Shown piece after piece: positions 47,946-56,386 of a DNA stretch of 56,386 bases (positions are counted from its first letter, which is position 1; every line of letters starts with the position of its first letter). This DNA is from a virus (taxonomy: Duplodnaviria > Caudoviricetes): positions 1 through 56,386 of IMG/VR virus record IMGVR_UViG_3300025117_000077; one strand, given 5' to 3'. A program made the position numbers and the translations under genes. The notes beneath the pieces were generated by a model. That model had not been told where the DNA came from. It worked only from the letters and a program-made list of their open reading frames with translations, and made no database searches.

Positions 47946-49019
47946 ATGTTTCGCAAAATTACCAATATAGTCCTGTCAACCATTTTTGCCGTTGCCATAA
48001 CTACTGGTATTTCATACGGAGTCTGGACGAAATCGTATACCATCGACTTTGGTGCAACCGGGGACACGGTAAAGCAAGGCATTGATAAACTTGAAGATAA
48101 CATTGATGCGATTATTACCTACCTGAATCTTCTCAAGTCAACCTTCGTCAGCACTACGGCCCCGACCAGTCCGGATACCGGTCAGTTCTGGCTGGATAGC
48201 AACACGACCCCGTATACCCAAAAATATTATAACGGGTCTGCCTGGGTAGTTGTCGGGGTTGGTTTGCCGACTAATCACCTTTCGGGCCTCACCGTTTCCC
48301 ATGATACCGATACGGATCACGATGTTTCCATAGCCGCAGGGAAGGCCAGGGATGCCACGGATGCGGTTGATATAATTTTAGCCTCAGCGATTGTAAAGCG
48401 ATTTGACGCAACTTGGGTGGTTGGAACGACTAATGGGGGAGCGTGTGACGGAGATGCTTTACCGACTTCTGGAACATGGCACGTTTTTGTTATTAAGAGG
48501 GTTGACACAGGCGTAGTCGATGTGTGCGGAGACACAAGTCTTACCCCAACTTTGCCTACCAGCTATGGCTATAAACGCCGGATCGCTTCTTACAGGACTG
48601 ACGGTTCGGCCAATATTTTAAACGGAGATCAATACGGGACTGGCAATCATAGAGAATTTGTTCTTGATGTCCCCATTGTGGATATATCGGCCAACAACCC
48701 TGGGACCAGTGCAGTTACAGCGGCGGTTAGTGTGCCGTCCGGGATTGTAGTCAAAGCCCTTGGACGGGCCAGGGTAAACAATACGGCAAGCGCATCATAT
48801 CCTTTATTGTGGATTTCGTCACTCGCCACTACTGATGCTGCGCCTTCGGCAACAGCTACCCCAGGGACCACTGCGTATACTAATGTTGATGCGGCAGGTG
48901 AGTTTACCCAATTTGATGTTTTCAGTAACACCTCTGCACAGATTAGGTATCGAATATCGGCCAGCGCCGCTGAAAACACGGTCTATATTATCACGGATGG
49001 GTGGGAAGATTATCTCTAA
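47946..49019 (+). CDS. Tail fibre protein with hydrophobic signal-like leader
   Basis: TAPTSPDTGQFWLDS..KYYNGSAWV fibre motif; LPTSYGYKRRIAS; leader MFRKITNIVLSTIFAVAITTGISYG. Confidence 0.7.
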   Translation: MFRKITNIVLSTIFAVAITTGISYGVWTKSYTIDFGATGDTVKQGIDKLEDNIDAIITYLNLLKSTFVSTTAPTSPDTGQFWLDSNTTPYTQKYYNGSAWVVVGVGLPTNHLSGLTVSHDTDTDHDVSIAAGKARDATDAVDIILASAIVKRFDATWVVGTTNGGACDGDALPTSGTWHVFVIKRVDTGVVDVCGDTSLTPTLPTSYGYKRRIASYRTDGSANILNGDQYGTGNHREFVLDVPIVDISANNPGTSAVTAAVSVPSGIVVKALGRARVNNTASASYPLLWISSLATTDAAPSATATPGTTAYTNVDAAGEFTQFDVFSNTSAQIRYRISASAAENTVYIITDGWEDYL

Positions 49020-49044
49020 CCAGTTGAAACAAAAGGAACATACA

Positions 49045-49467
49045 ATGAAATACTACGACTTAGACGAAAATGGAAGAATCGAAGGCAGTTATGCGGTTGA
49101 ACAGCCGGGAAGGGTTCTTTATTTTTTAGAGGAACCGATTATCCCCTTCCCCATGCGTGACGGAGTACCAGGGGAGAACTGGATAACTGATCCCATAGCA
49201 GAAGCAGCGGCCCAGGCGGTAGCAGACTTTGAAAATACGAAGGCAGAGGCTATATTGGATTTGTTGCCTTCACGCCAACAGGTCATCAATTTCTTTGCCG
49301 ACCTCCATACAGCTATAAACACGACCAAGACCAACATTCAGGATATGCCAGCCGGAGCCGCTAAGATAGCGATTGCAAGTCTTGGGGGAGTTGTGGAAAG
49401 CATGGAAACAGTTTTGGAGAAATTAGTTCAACTGGAATATCTTATTGTTAAAAGCAGTTTGGATTAA
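49045..49467 (+). CDS. Putative tail fibre assembly protein
   Basis: Directly after the fibre; SD aagga. Start moved from 48835. Confidence 0.45.
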   Translation: MKYYDLDENGRIEGSYAVEQPGRVLYFLEEPIIPFPMRDGVPGENWITDPIAEAAAQAVADFENTKAEAILDLLPSRQQVINFFADLHTAINTTKTNIQDMPAGAAKIAIASLGGVVESMETVLEKLVQLEYLIVKSSLD

Positions 49468-49479
49468 AGGAGAACCATC

Positions 49480-50220
49480 ATGGCCAATTTATACGAAGGA
49501 ACAGACTGGTATAACAATCCGCAGGATACGGTAAGGCAGTATTATCAGACTTATGGGGGCAGAGAGCCGGACGCTGAAGGATTAGCATGGTGGTCAAATA
49601 ATGTAAAAAATAATTGGGGTACGGGAAGCATTGACCAGGTTTTTTCTGATTTGCAAAGAGACCTTTCTGCAAACCAGGGGGGGGGTGGAGGCGAAGAAGA
49701 AGGTGGGATTGAATGGCCAATGGACTTATTCCCGAAATCGGAATCAAAGTCATCGTCTGTCAGTTCTGCCGGACTTCCCGAATGGGGGGCGCAATGGGTG
49801 AAGGACTATCTGGCTAAATATGCCCCGGAACTGGCGGGAGGTTTGTCAAAGTCTTTGGCCGAGCTGGAAGATCCCGTAGCCCTGAATGCAGCGGAAAAGT
49901 CCAATCTGGAATATATGTCCCAGGAGAATCTTAACCCCATAATTAGCGGCCTTGGCTCGAAGGGTGTTCTTAATTCGTCTACTTCCCAGAATGCCATTGC
50001 TAAGGTCCTGGCTGAGCTTGGCGGGACTTCTTACGACAGGGCTATGACTAATCAACAGGCAAAAATTAACGATTACCTGAAGGGCATGGCGTTGCTCTCA
50101 TCCTTACTTGGAGCTTCAAGGGTAAGTTCTGGAAGCGCAAAGTCTGAATCTACCCAAAGCAATGCTTGGGAACCTTATGGCGATTTAATGAATTATATGG
50201 CCTTAATGAGTAATGTATAG
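49480..50220 (+). CDS. Putative internal virion/ejection protein
   Basis: GREPDAEGLAWW module; LGSKGVLNSS; position. Confidence 0.5.
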   Translation: MANLYEGTDWYNNPQDTVRQYYQTYGGREPDAEGLAWWSNNVKNNWGTGSIDQVFSDLQRDLSANQGGGGGEEEGGIEWPMDLFPKSESKSSSVSSAGLPEWGAQWVKDYLAKYAPELAGGLSKSLAELEDPVALNAAEKSNLEYMSQENLNPIISGLGSKGVLNSSTSQNAIAKVLAELGGTSYDRAMTNQQAKINDYLKGMALLSSLLGASRVSSGSAKSESTQSNAWEPYGDLMNYMALMSNV

Positions 50221-50231
50221 GAGGAAATGAA

Positions 50232-50747
50232 ATGGCAACCGAAACGGGCGGAACTGATTGGGGATCTTTGATAACCTTACTGGCCGGGGTTGTAGGCGGT
50301 CTTTCGAGCGGTCAATCTTTAACGGGTAAGCCACAGCAGCAGGTGTCAAATACCGGGCCTTTGACCGCAGAAGGGCAACGGATCATGGATGAATATACTC
50401 GGACCCTGGACCAGACCCCCATGACGACTACAAACAGAATGGGGAATGTCAGTGTTACCCTGCCCAATAAATCGAGACTTGGAATACTCAAGAATATGGC
50501 GGCCTTGGAATTGATACGAAAGGGCAATTTAACCCAACAATCGGCGGAAGAAGGGATTCTTGGGAAGCTGGCCCCGCTTTTGGCCGCTATGACCAAGAAG
50601 AAGAAAGACCCCAATGACCCCTATAATTTGGGGACTACTACTCCTAACACCAACTATAATGCCGGAACTGTCGGGTATGATCCTAACTATAAGCCGGAGA
50701 ATGATTGGATGGCCGATATTTGGCGGTATGGGTCAGAAGGAGAATAA
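50232..50747 (+). CDS. Putative internal virion/ejection protein
   Basis: Gly-rich hydrophobic N-terminus typical of pilot proteins. Confidence 0.5.
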   Translation: MATETGGTDWGSLITLLAGVVGGLSSGQSLTGKPQQQVSNTGPLTAEGQRIMDEYTRTLDQTPMTTTNRMGNVSVTLPNKSRLGILKNMAALELIRKGNLTQQSAEEGILGKLAPLLAAMTKKKKDPNDPYNLGTTTPNTNYNAGTVGYDPNYKPENDWMADIWRYGSEGE

Positions 50748-50749
50748 AC

Positions 50750-51469
50750 ATGGGCCTTCTTAACGATATCTATAAGCAGGAAATGGCAAAGAACACAAAG
50801 GAAAAGTACCCCAATGCCTCCAAGGAAGATCAGGAGTATTATGAGTTGCTTAAGGAGGTTAATGCCAACTTGGGTGGTAAATATGGCTCTGGGATTGACT
50901 CTGGTGGGACAGGGATTGCATCTGAGTCTGGTTCGCAAATGAGTGTTGCCGATGCTTTGGCTTTGGCTTCCAGTCCTCCAAATGCGTATGTCTCTGGACT
51001 TGGAAATGTTTTAGGTACTGTCGGTAGGGGTGCTGTAGCTACTATACCAGGGATTAATACGGCCTATGGTATTGCTAACTCCTTATTTGGGCAAAGCATG
51101 AACAATTCTTGGGGAAATTTGTTTAACACACAACAAATGGGCCTCAACGCACTTAGCGATTATGGAGTAACGGCAGATGATATAGCCGAAATGCTTGCGG
51201 CAGAAAATGAAAATGAATTGGCTATTCTTCTTTCTAAGTTTGGTGGTGATAAGGGAGAAAGTCCGATAGGTGCTTATGATGCTCGGGGGAACCCCGTTAA
51301 TAATGACTTCACTGGATTTACTTATGGCAAAAACGGCGAACCTACTGGATTTCAATTCGGGGCTAAGGGCGATGTAAGCGCAACGTATGGTGGTGGCGAT
51401 TTGCAGGGGGCAGAAGGAAATCCGTCTGGAATAGTAGCAGGTGATGGTTTTACTGGTAGTTTTATCTAA
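50750..51469 (+). CDS. Putative internal virion/ejection protein
   Basis: Gly/Asn-rich, low complexity; position. Confidence 0.5.
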   Translation: MGLLNDIYKQEMAKNTKEKYPNASKEDQEYYELLKEVNANLGGKYGSGIDSGGTGIASESGSQMSVADALALASSPPNAYVSGLGNVLGTVGRGAVATIPGINTAYGIANSLFGQSMNNSWGNLFNTQQMGLNALSDYGVTADDIAEMLAAENENELAILLSKFGGDKGESPIGAYDARGNPVNNDFTGFTYGKNGEPTGFQFGAKGDVSATYGGGDLQGAEGNPSGIVAGDGFTGSFI

Positions 51470-51480
51470 GGAGAACCAAG

Positions 51481-52797
51481 ATGGGCTTAATGGACATTTT
51501 AAAGGACATTGACCTGAAAGACATAGCGATGGGCATGGCGGTTGCTTCTCATGGCAACACGGCTGTTCCTAATGTTATTAACATAATGGAACAACGAAGG
51601 AAAGAAGAAGAAGCACGGGAGAGGTCGGCCAATACCACCAACTTCATTACGTCTCTTTTTAAGAACCTGAGTGGGCCTGACCCGACTATGGATTTAATGA
51701 AGCAACAGAGAACCGTCAATGCTATGCCGGATGAAGTGACCCAATATGATACTTCTGGAATACCTGCCGCTGTTTCCCAAGAAGACCTTATGGCTTCTAT
51801 GGTAGACCCCACTGTCGGGATAGTTAGGGAATCTCCTGAAGACCAAACCCCTGCTTGGGATACCGGAAGTATTACGGGAAAAAGAGTATCCAATCCGGAG
51901 AAGGCCAAGGCGAGTGCCGACTTTATCCTGTCCGTCTACAAGGCCAGGGAGACTATCCCAAACGTAGCCGATGCCGTAGCCTCTCTTATGCCTCAGATTC
52001 AAGGGAAAGACCTTGACCCACAGCTTGTAATGTCTGCCTTGAGTACCGTTTATAATAAGCGGGAATCACAGATAGCCAAGATGATGGATATAGCGGCAAG
52101 ACATGAGGAGAAGGAAGCTGACAGAAAGGCAAAGAGTATGGAAATAGTCAGCTTTGATCCTACCCATAGAGTTATGACAAAAGGCGGCAAGCTAATAAGT
52201 GAAGGTTCTTCTAAAAAGACAGGGGCTATCTATAACGACCTTTCCGCTATTTATGGTTCTGAGGCTGTTGATGCTATGTCCCCGGCAGAACGAATTACGG
52301 CTTGGAAAAACATCAAGTCTGACAAGGTTACTGTGATTGGTCATGATCCCAAAGGAAATCCGATTACTACCGACGAAGTTGGACAACAATGGGTTACTTT
52401 TTCTGACGGAACAAAGGAGGTTTATAGAGGTAAAATTACTCCGAAAGTCGATAGAGTTGAGAAAACGGAAAAAGACAGACAACCAACAACACTTACTGAA
52501 TTGAAAGGCATGATGGAAAGGGGAGAAATAACAAGAGATCAGTACAAAAAGAGATTGTTGGCTGTTCCCGGTTTATTCAATTATCTCTCGGAAGAAGGTG
52601 GAGGTGGAGAACCGACTTCAGGCGAAAGACCTCAAGCAAAACCGAAGGGGGAAGCTCCAAAGCCCACCACAGCACAGCCCCAAACAAATTCGATCAAGGC
52701 GAATGCTATTGGCAATAATGTTATTATCGAAGGGAAATCATATCCCATAGTAAATGGGATCGTAACGGTTGGGAAACAAAAGTACAGGGTCAAATAA
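51481..52797 (+). CDS. Putative internal virion/ejection protein
   Basis: 438 aa; precedes the giant ORF. Confidence 0.55.
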   Translation: MGLMDILKDIDLKDIAMGMAVASHGNTAVPNVINIMEQRRKEEEARERSANTTNFITSLFKNLSGPDPTMDLMKQQRTVNAMPDEVTQYDTSGIPAAVSQEDLMASMVDPTVGIVRESPEDQTPAWDTGSITGKRVSNPEKAKASADFILSVYKARETIPNVADAVASLMPQIQGKDLDPQLVMSALSTVYNKRESQIAKMMDIAARHEEKEADRKAKSMEIVSFDPTHRVMTKGGKLISEGSSKKTGAIYNDLSAIYGSEAVDAMSPAERITAWKNIKSDKVTVIGHDPKGNPITTDEVGQQWVTFSDGTKEVYRGKITPKVDRVEKTEKDRQPTTLTELKGMMERGEITRDQYKKRLLAVPGLFNYLSEEGGGGEPTSGERPQAKPKGEAPKPTTAQPQTNSIKANAIGNNVIIEGKSYPIVNGIVTVGKQKYRVK

Positions 52798-55700
52798 ATG
52801 GCGCAAGTTACTCTTGAACCGATAGAAGAACAGACCGAACAGATGGTTACTCTTGAACCTATTCAGGAGCAACCTCCCGGCGGTGCGGTCAATCGTCTCA
52901 AACAGTATTATGAATATCTGCATACGCCAACCGAGGGACCAAAAAGCGTTAAGGATTTTCTTACAAGAGTTGTTCCGGCGAGCCTTGAAAAAACTGCTTA
53001 TGGGCTTATTGAATTTCCATACCAAGTAGTCAAGTCTGTTACTGATCCTATTATCCACGAAAAGGGGGTTAAGGCAGGGGCAACAAAATTAGGCAAGAAT
53101 CTTTATGAAAATGTTGAAGGTTTAGCAAGATTTTCGGGCGAGCAAATAGGCGTTTATGGGTGGGACAAATTAAAAGAAAGGTGGTCAACTGACCCCATTG
53201 GTTCTGTTCTAGGATTAGCTCCTTTAATTAAAGGCGTTGTGTCTTATGCCAAAACAAAAGGAATTACTCCTAAAGAAGCAGTAAATGAAATAGTTCTTGA
53301 TAAGACTTTTAGCAATTTTGAGAGATTGAAGGAGGAACAGGTTAAGGCCGTCCAGAACAAACTTGCAGGAGGTCAGCGACCTCTCGGAAAATTAGTAACC
53401 TTAGAAAGAATGGCCGAATCAGAAGGAAAGATTCGGGGCAAGGTGGGCGGTGAAGATTATGCCAAGAACATTTTTACTGAGGAAAACTTACAGAGGACTG
53501 AAGATTTAGTAAAGGCGCAGAAGGGTTTTGATGAAAGATTAAAACCGGAAGAACAAACGTTAGACCAACTTCATGAACAGGCGTATGGCGAAAAAGTTGC
53601 CCCTGAAGAATTAGCCAAACAGCAGACTGAGTTTGATACAAGAATGGCAGGCAAGGAACCAGAGCCGCTTATTATGGATAAAATCAGAGAAGCCGCCGTC
53701 AAAGAAGAGGCTTTGGCAAAGGGAGAAATATCAGGTTTTTATCCGGCAGAAGAACGAGCAAAGGCGGCAGTTGGTGGAACCGAAGGGATAAGAGAGAAAG
53801 TTCTTCCAGTAGAAGAACTTATTGAAAAACCTGTTGCGACGCAAGAACAGAGTAACCCCCAAGTTTTCTTCCACGCTACCGATACCCCGATAACCGAGTG
53901 GAAACCGGGCCAGAAGGTGAACTTTTCCGAGCGTCCCATGACCGAGGACTTTGGAAATCACGTTTACAAGATGGAAGTGGAGTTGAAACGCCCTGCTCCC
54001 GATATGGATGCCTATCAAACAGACCTGGCCCAAAAGACAGGGAAATATGATGGGGTAATAGTAGAAGGTACGGACTATCAGGGCAAGCCTATTAAGTGGG
54101 GGATAGCCAGCGATCCGAGTAGTTTGAAGAACATCGAGTACCAGGGGCCGAAGGCGGGAGAGGTTGGGGTTGAAGAATCAAGAACCATAAAAAACATTAT
54201 CTCCGATATTAATACTGCTATGGGCGAGAAAGGGGCTATCGGCAATATTGAATTATCTCCTGAACAGATTGCGGCCAGAAAAAGACTATTGTCTGATTTT
54301 GATAAGATAAAAGCTAACGCCGCCAATGTCGGAAAAAACATTGATGATTATTTAAGCGGTCTTGGTGTGGACGAAAAAGTCATATCTTCCATGAAAGGAG
54401 TAGTTAAGGAACAACCCGTAAAGGAAGGTGAAGGGATTGTTATTAATAAGGGAGATTATGTAGGTGAAAGTGGAGAAAAGGTTCGGTCATTTGCCGTTAC
54501 CGCCGCCACTTCTGATTTAGTAGCTCCCGAGGTTAAATCGGGGATCATTGAAGAAATAAAGCCTGGGGGGAAAGGCGTTTATGAACCGATAACCCTCAAG
54601 GACGCCCAGGCCGAGGCAGTAAAGAAAATAACACAAGACACGGAAAAAGCGGTTAGATTCTTAAGGTCTTCTCGTAACCCTGGCGCTGTACATACCGCTG
54701 TTGGGGAAGAATTGATTAAGAAATTTCAGTCTGAGGGAAATCACGAAAGGGCTACGGAAGTTGCTCTCGACTTATCAAAGAGATTAACCAAGGCTGGCCA
54801 AGAAATTGTTGCCGCAAGGCTTATGGGTAAACTTTCCCCAGAAGGAATTTTAATTACAGCTAATCGAGCTATCGAGGAATTTAACAATAAATCCTTAAGG
54901 AAGGCAGGAGTTAAACTTGTTCCAGGTTGGGTTAAACAGCTTGAACTTGGGCCTGATACAGCTAAGAATTTACATGATTTAGCTAAGGCGATAAAGGAGG
55001 CTAAGGATGAAAAGGTAAAAATAGAGCTTAGCCAGGAATTACAAAATGCCTTGAATGCCATTACTCCTTCAACAATAGGGCAAAAAATATCGACCTTGCA
55101 AATTATAGCTCAATTATTTAACCCAAAGACTATTGTTACCAGGAATCCGTTAGGAAATGAGCTTTTTTATCGAGTGGAACGGATGAACAAGTATCCTACC
55201 GCTTTGGTTGATTGGGCCGCTTCAAACCTTGGTGGTGGAGACCGATATATCACTTTTAGAACCGGCGGTGCAGGCCGGGGGAAATATTGGGAAGGTTGGC
55301 TGACAGGTTGGAAGGCTGGCTTTGAAGGAGTAAACCCCCAAGGATTACAAACTCAATATGACTTAGGGCGTAAGCCAGCCTTTAGGAATAAGCCTTACGA
55401 AATAAAGCTGGATGACGGAACCTGGACTTATAAAATGCCTAATAGGGCTGAGCGAGTTGCCAGCTTTCTTGAAAGGACAATGGGGGCCACCCTTAAGTCA
55501 TTTGACTATGCGGCTTATAACCGAGCTTATTGGAACACCATTGGAGAAATGGCAACCTTAAGGTCTATGAATGAAGTCGGCAAAGTAGATCCCAAATTAG
55601 TACAGCAATATATAAAAACATTTGATGAAAATGTTAATAAAACAGCCATGGAATACGGGAAATATGTAACTTTCCAGGACAATAATATTATTTCTGTTGG

Positions 55701-56386
55701 TCTTAATAGGGCAAAGAAGGCCATGAATCTTGGTTTTGAGTTCGGATATGGTGATATGATTTTAAAGTACCCCAAAACTCCGGGAGCATTATTGGCCAGA
55801 GGGTTAGAGTATTCTCCGGCAGGGATACTTAAAGCTACCTATGAAGCCACAAAGCCTTTATTTACTGACAATAAGTTAGACAATAGGGCATTGTCACTTT
55901 CGGTAGGCAGGGCCATTTTCGGAACAATGGGATTATCGGCCTTGGGGTATTACTTTTTCGATCAAGGCATTATTACTGGACCAACGAATAAGGACAAAGA
56001 CGTTGCATCTGCTCAAAGAACAATGGGTACGCACCCTTATAAAGTAAATATTTCGGCCTTTAAAAGATGGGCTTTTTCGGGGGGAGATACAGACCAAGTT
56101 AAGCCACAAGAAGGGGACACTTATTATTCTTATGATTGGGCACAGCCGGTAGCGATGGCTATCGCTGGTGGTGCTAATATGGCCAAGGAATACGAAGAAA
56201 GAAAGGTTTTTACAAAAGCCTTCAGGGAGTCCATGAAGGGAGCTCCCCATATTATTTATCGTGGCATGGAATCAGCCCTTGAGACTCTTGTGGCCCAACC
56301 AGTTCTCCAGGGCCTATTGAAATTATCACAAGGCTATGGTGCGGAAGGTGTCGCCTCGAGCATTGTCAATATAGCGACTGAAGTCC
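52798..56386 (+). CDS. Giant internal virion (DNA-ejection/polyvalent-type) protein, ~1,396 aa, continuing across the junction to 732
   Basis: ATG right after TAA 52797; the ORF track lists no closed + ORF here; same frame as ATG 56266 (equivalent to ATG 10). Confidence 0.8.
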   Translation, partial: MAQVTLEPIEEQTEQMVTLEPIQEQPPGGAVNRLKQYYEYLHTPTEGPKSVKDFLTRVVPASLEKTAYGLIEFPYQVVKSVTDPIIHEKGVKAGATKLGKNLYENVEGLARFSGEQIGVYGWDKLKERWSTDPIGSVLGLAPLIKGVVSYAKTKGITPKEAVNEIVLDKTFSNFERLKEEQVKAVQNKLAGGQRPLGKLVTLERMAESEGKIRGKVGGEDYAKNIFTEENLQRTEDLVKAQKGFDERLKPEEQTLDQLHEQAYGEKVAPEELAKQQTEFDTRMAGKEPEPLIMDKIREAAVKEEALAKGEISGFYPAEERAKAAVGGTEGIREKVLPVEELIEKPVATQEQSNPQVFFHATDTPITEWKPGQKVNFSERPMTEDFGNHVYKMEVELKRPAPDMDAYQTDLAQKTGKYDGVIVEGTDYQGKPIKWGIASDPSSLKNIEYQGPKAGEVGVEESRTIKNIISDINTAMGEKGAIGNIELSPEQIAARKRLLSDFDKIKANAANVGKNIDDYLSGLGVDEKVISSMKGVVKEQPVKEGEGIVINKGDYVGESGEKVRSFAVTAATSDLVAPEVKSGIIEEIKPGGKGVYEPITLKDAQAEAVKKITQDTEKAVRFLRSSRNPGAVHTAVGEELIKKFQSEGNHERATEVALDLSKRLTKAGQEIVAARLMGKLSPEGILITANRAIEEFNNKSLRKAGVKLVPGWVKQLELGPDTAKNLHDLAKAIKEAKDEKVKIELSQELQNALNAITPSTIGQKISTLQIIAQLFNPKTIVTRNPLGNELFYRVERMNKYPTALVDWAASNLGGGDRYITFRTGGAGRGKYWEGWLTGWKAGFEGVNPQGLQTQYDLGRKPAFRNKPYEIKLDDGTWTYKMPNRAERVASFLERTMGATLKSFDYAAYNRAYWNTIGEMATLRSMNEVGKVDPKLVQQYIKTFDENVNKTAMEYGKYVTFQDNNIISVGLNRAKKAMNLGFEFGYGDMILKYPKTPGALLARGLEYSPAGILKATYEATKPLFTDNKLDNRALSLSVGRAIFGTMGLSALGYYFFDQGIITGPTNKDKDVASAQRTMGTHPYKVNISAFKRWAFSGGDTDQVKPQEGDTYYSYDWAQPVAMAIAGGANMAKEYEERKVFTKAFRESMKGAPHIIYRGMESALETLVAQPVLQGLLKLSQGYGAEGVASSIVNIATEV
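56261..56386 (+). repeat. Terminal direct repeat, right copy (126 bp)
   Basis: Identical to 5-130. Confidence 0.95.

Noticed and set aside
1-56386. Diversity-generating retroelement, retron or alternative genetic code
   Set aside because: No reverse transcriptase motif or TR/VR pair seen; genes are intact in code 11 and use all three stop codons.

Overview
The window is an apparently complete, circular ~56.26 kb dsDNA tailed-phage genome. Positions 5-130 repeat exactly at 56261-56386, and a ~1,396-aa ORF starting at 52798, absent from the ORF track, runs across that junction into 10..732. The layout is podovirus-like: HTH/TerS, GpA-like TerL, portal, scaffold, major capsid, adaptor, nozzle, fibre and ejection-type proteins, with no tape measure or sheath. 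It also carries a GH108 lysis module, RecE/Sak4-like recombination genes, a RuvC-like resolvase, a primase-polymerase/helicase, an N6A/N4C DNA methyltransferase and five free-standing HNH/GIY-YIG genes. I recognised no integrase, DNA polymerase, tRNA or CRISPR array. The host is probably a Gram-negative bacterium with sigma54 (inference). Standout observations: (1) a seven-gene glycosyltransferase/methyltransferase/radical SAM cassette between the capsid and tail genes; (2) a run of fibre/adhesin-like genes whose products all begin with Sec or lipoprotein signal peptides, which with (1) may form a 'glycosylate, export, decorate' system; (3) a sigma54 -24/-12 promoter with three evenly spaced enhancer-like sites driving the leftward early-type operon; (4) NrdR-box-like sites and an RBS-sequestering hairpin ahead of the replication operon; (5) an iteron-like origin inside the primase gene; (6) an ADP-ribosyltransferase-like domain in the giant virion protein. 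All product calls come from motifs and gene order read by eye, not from database searches.
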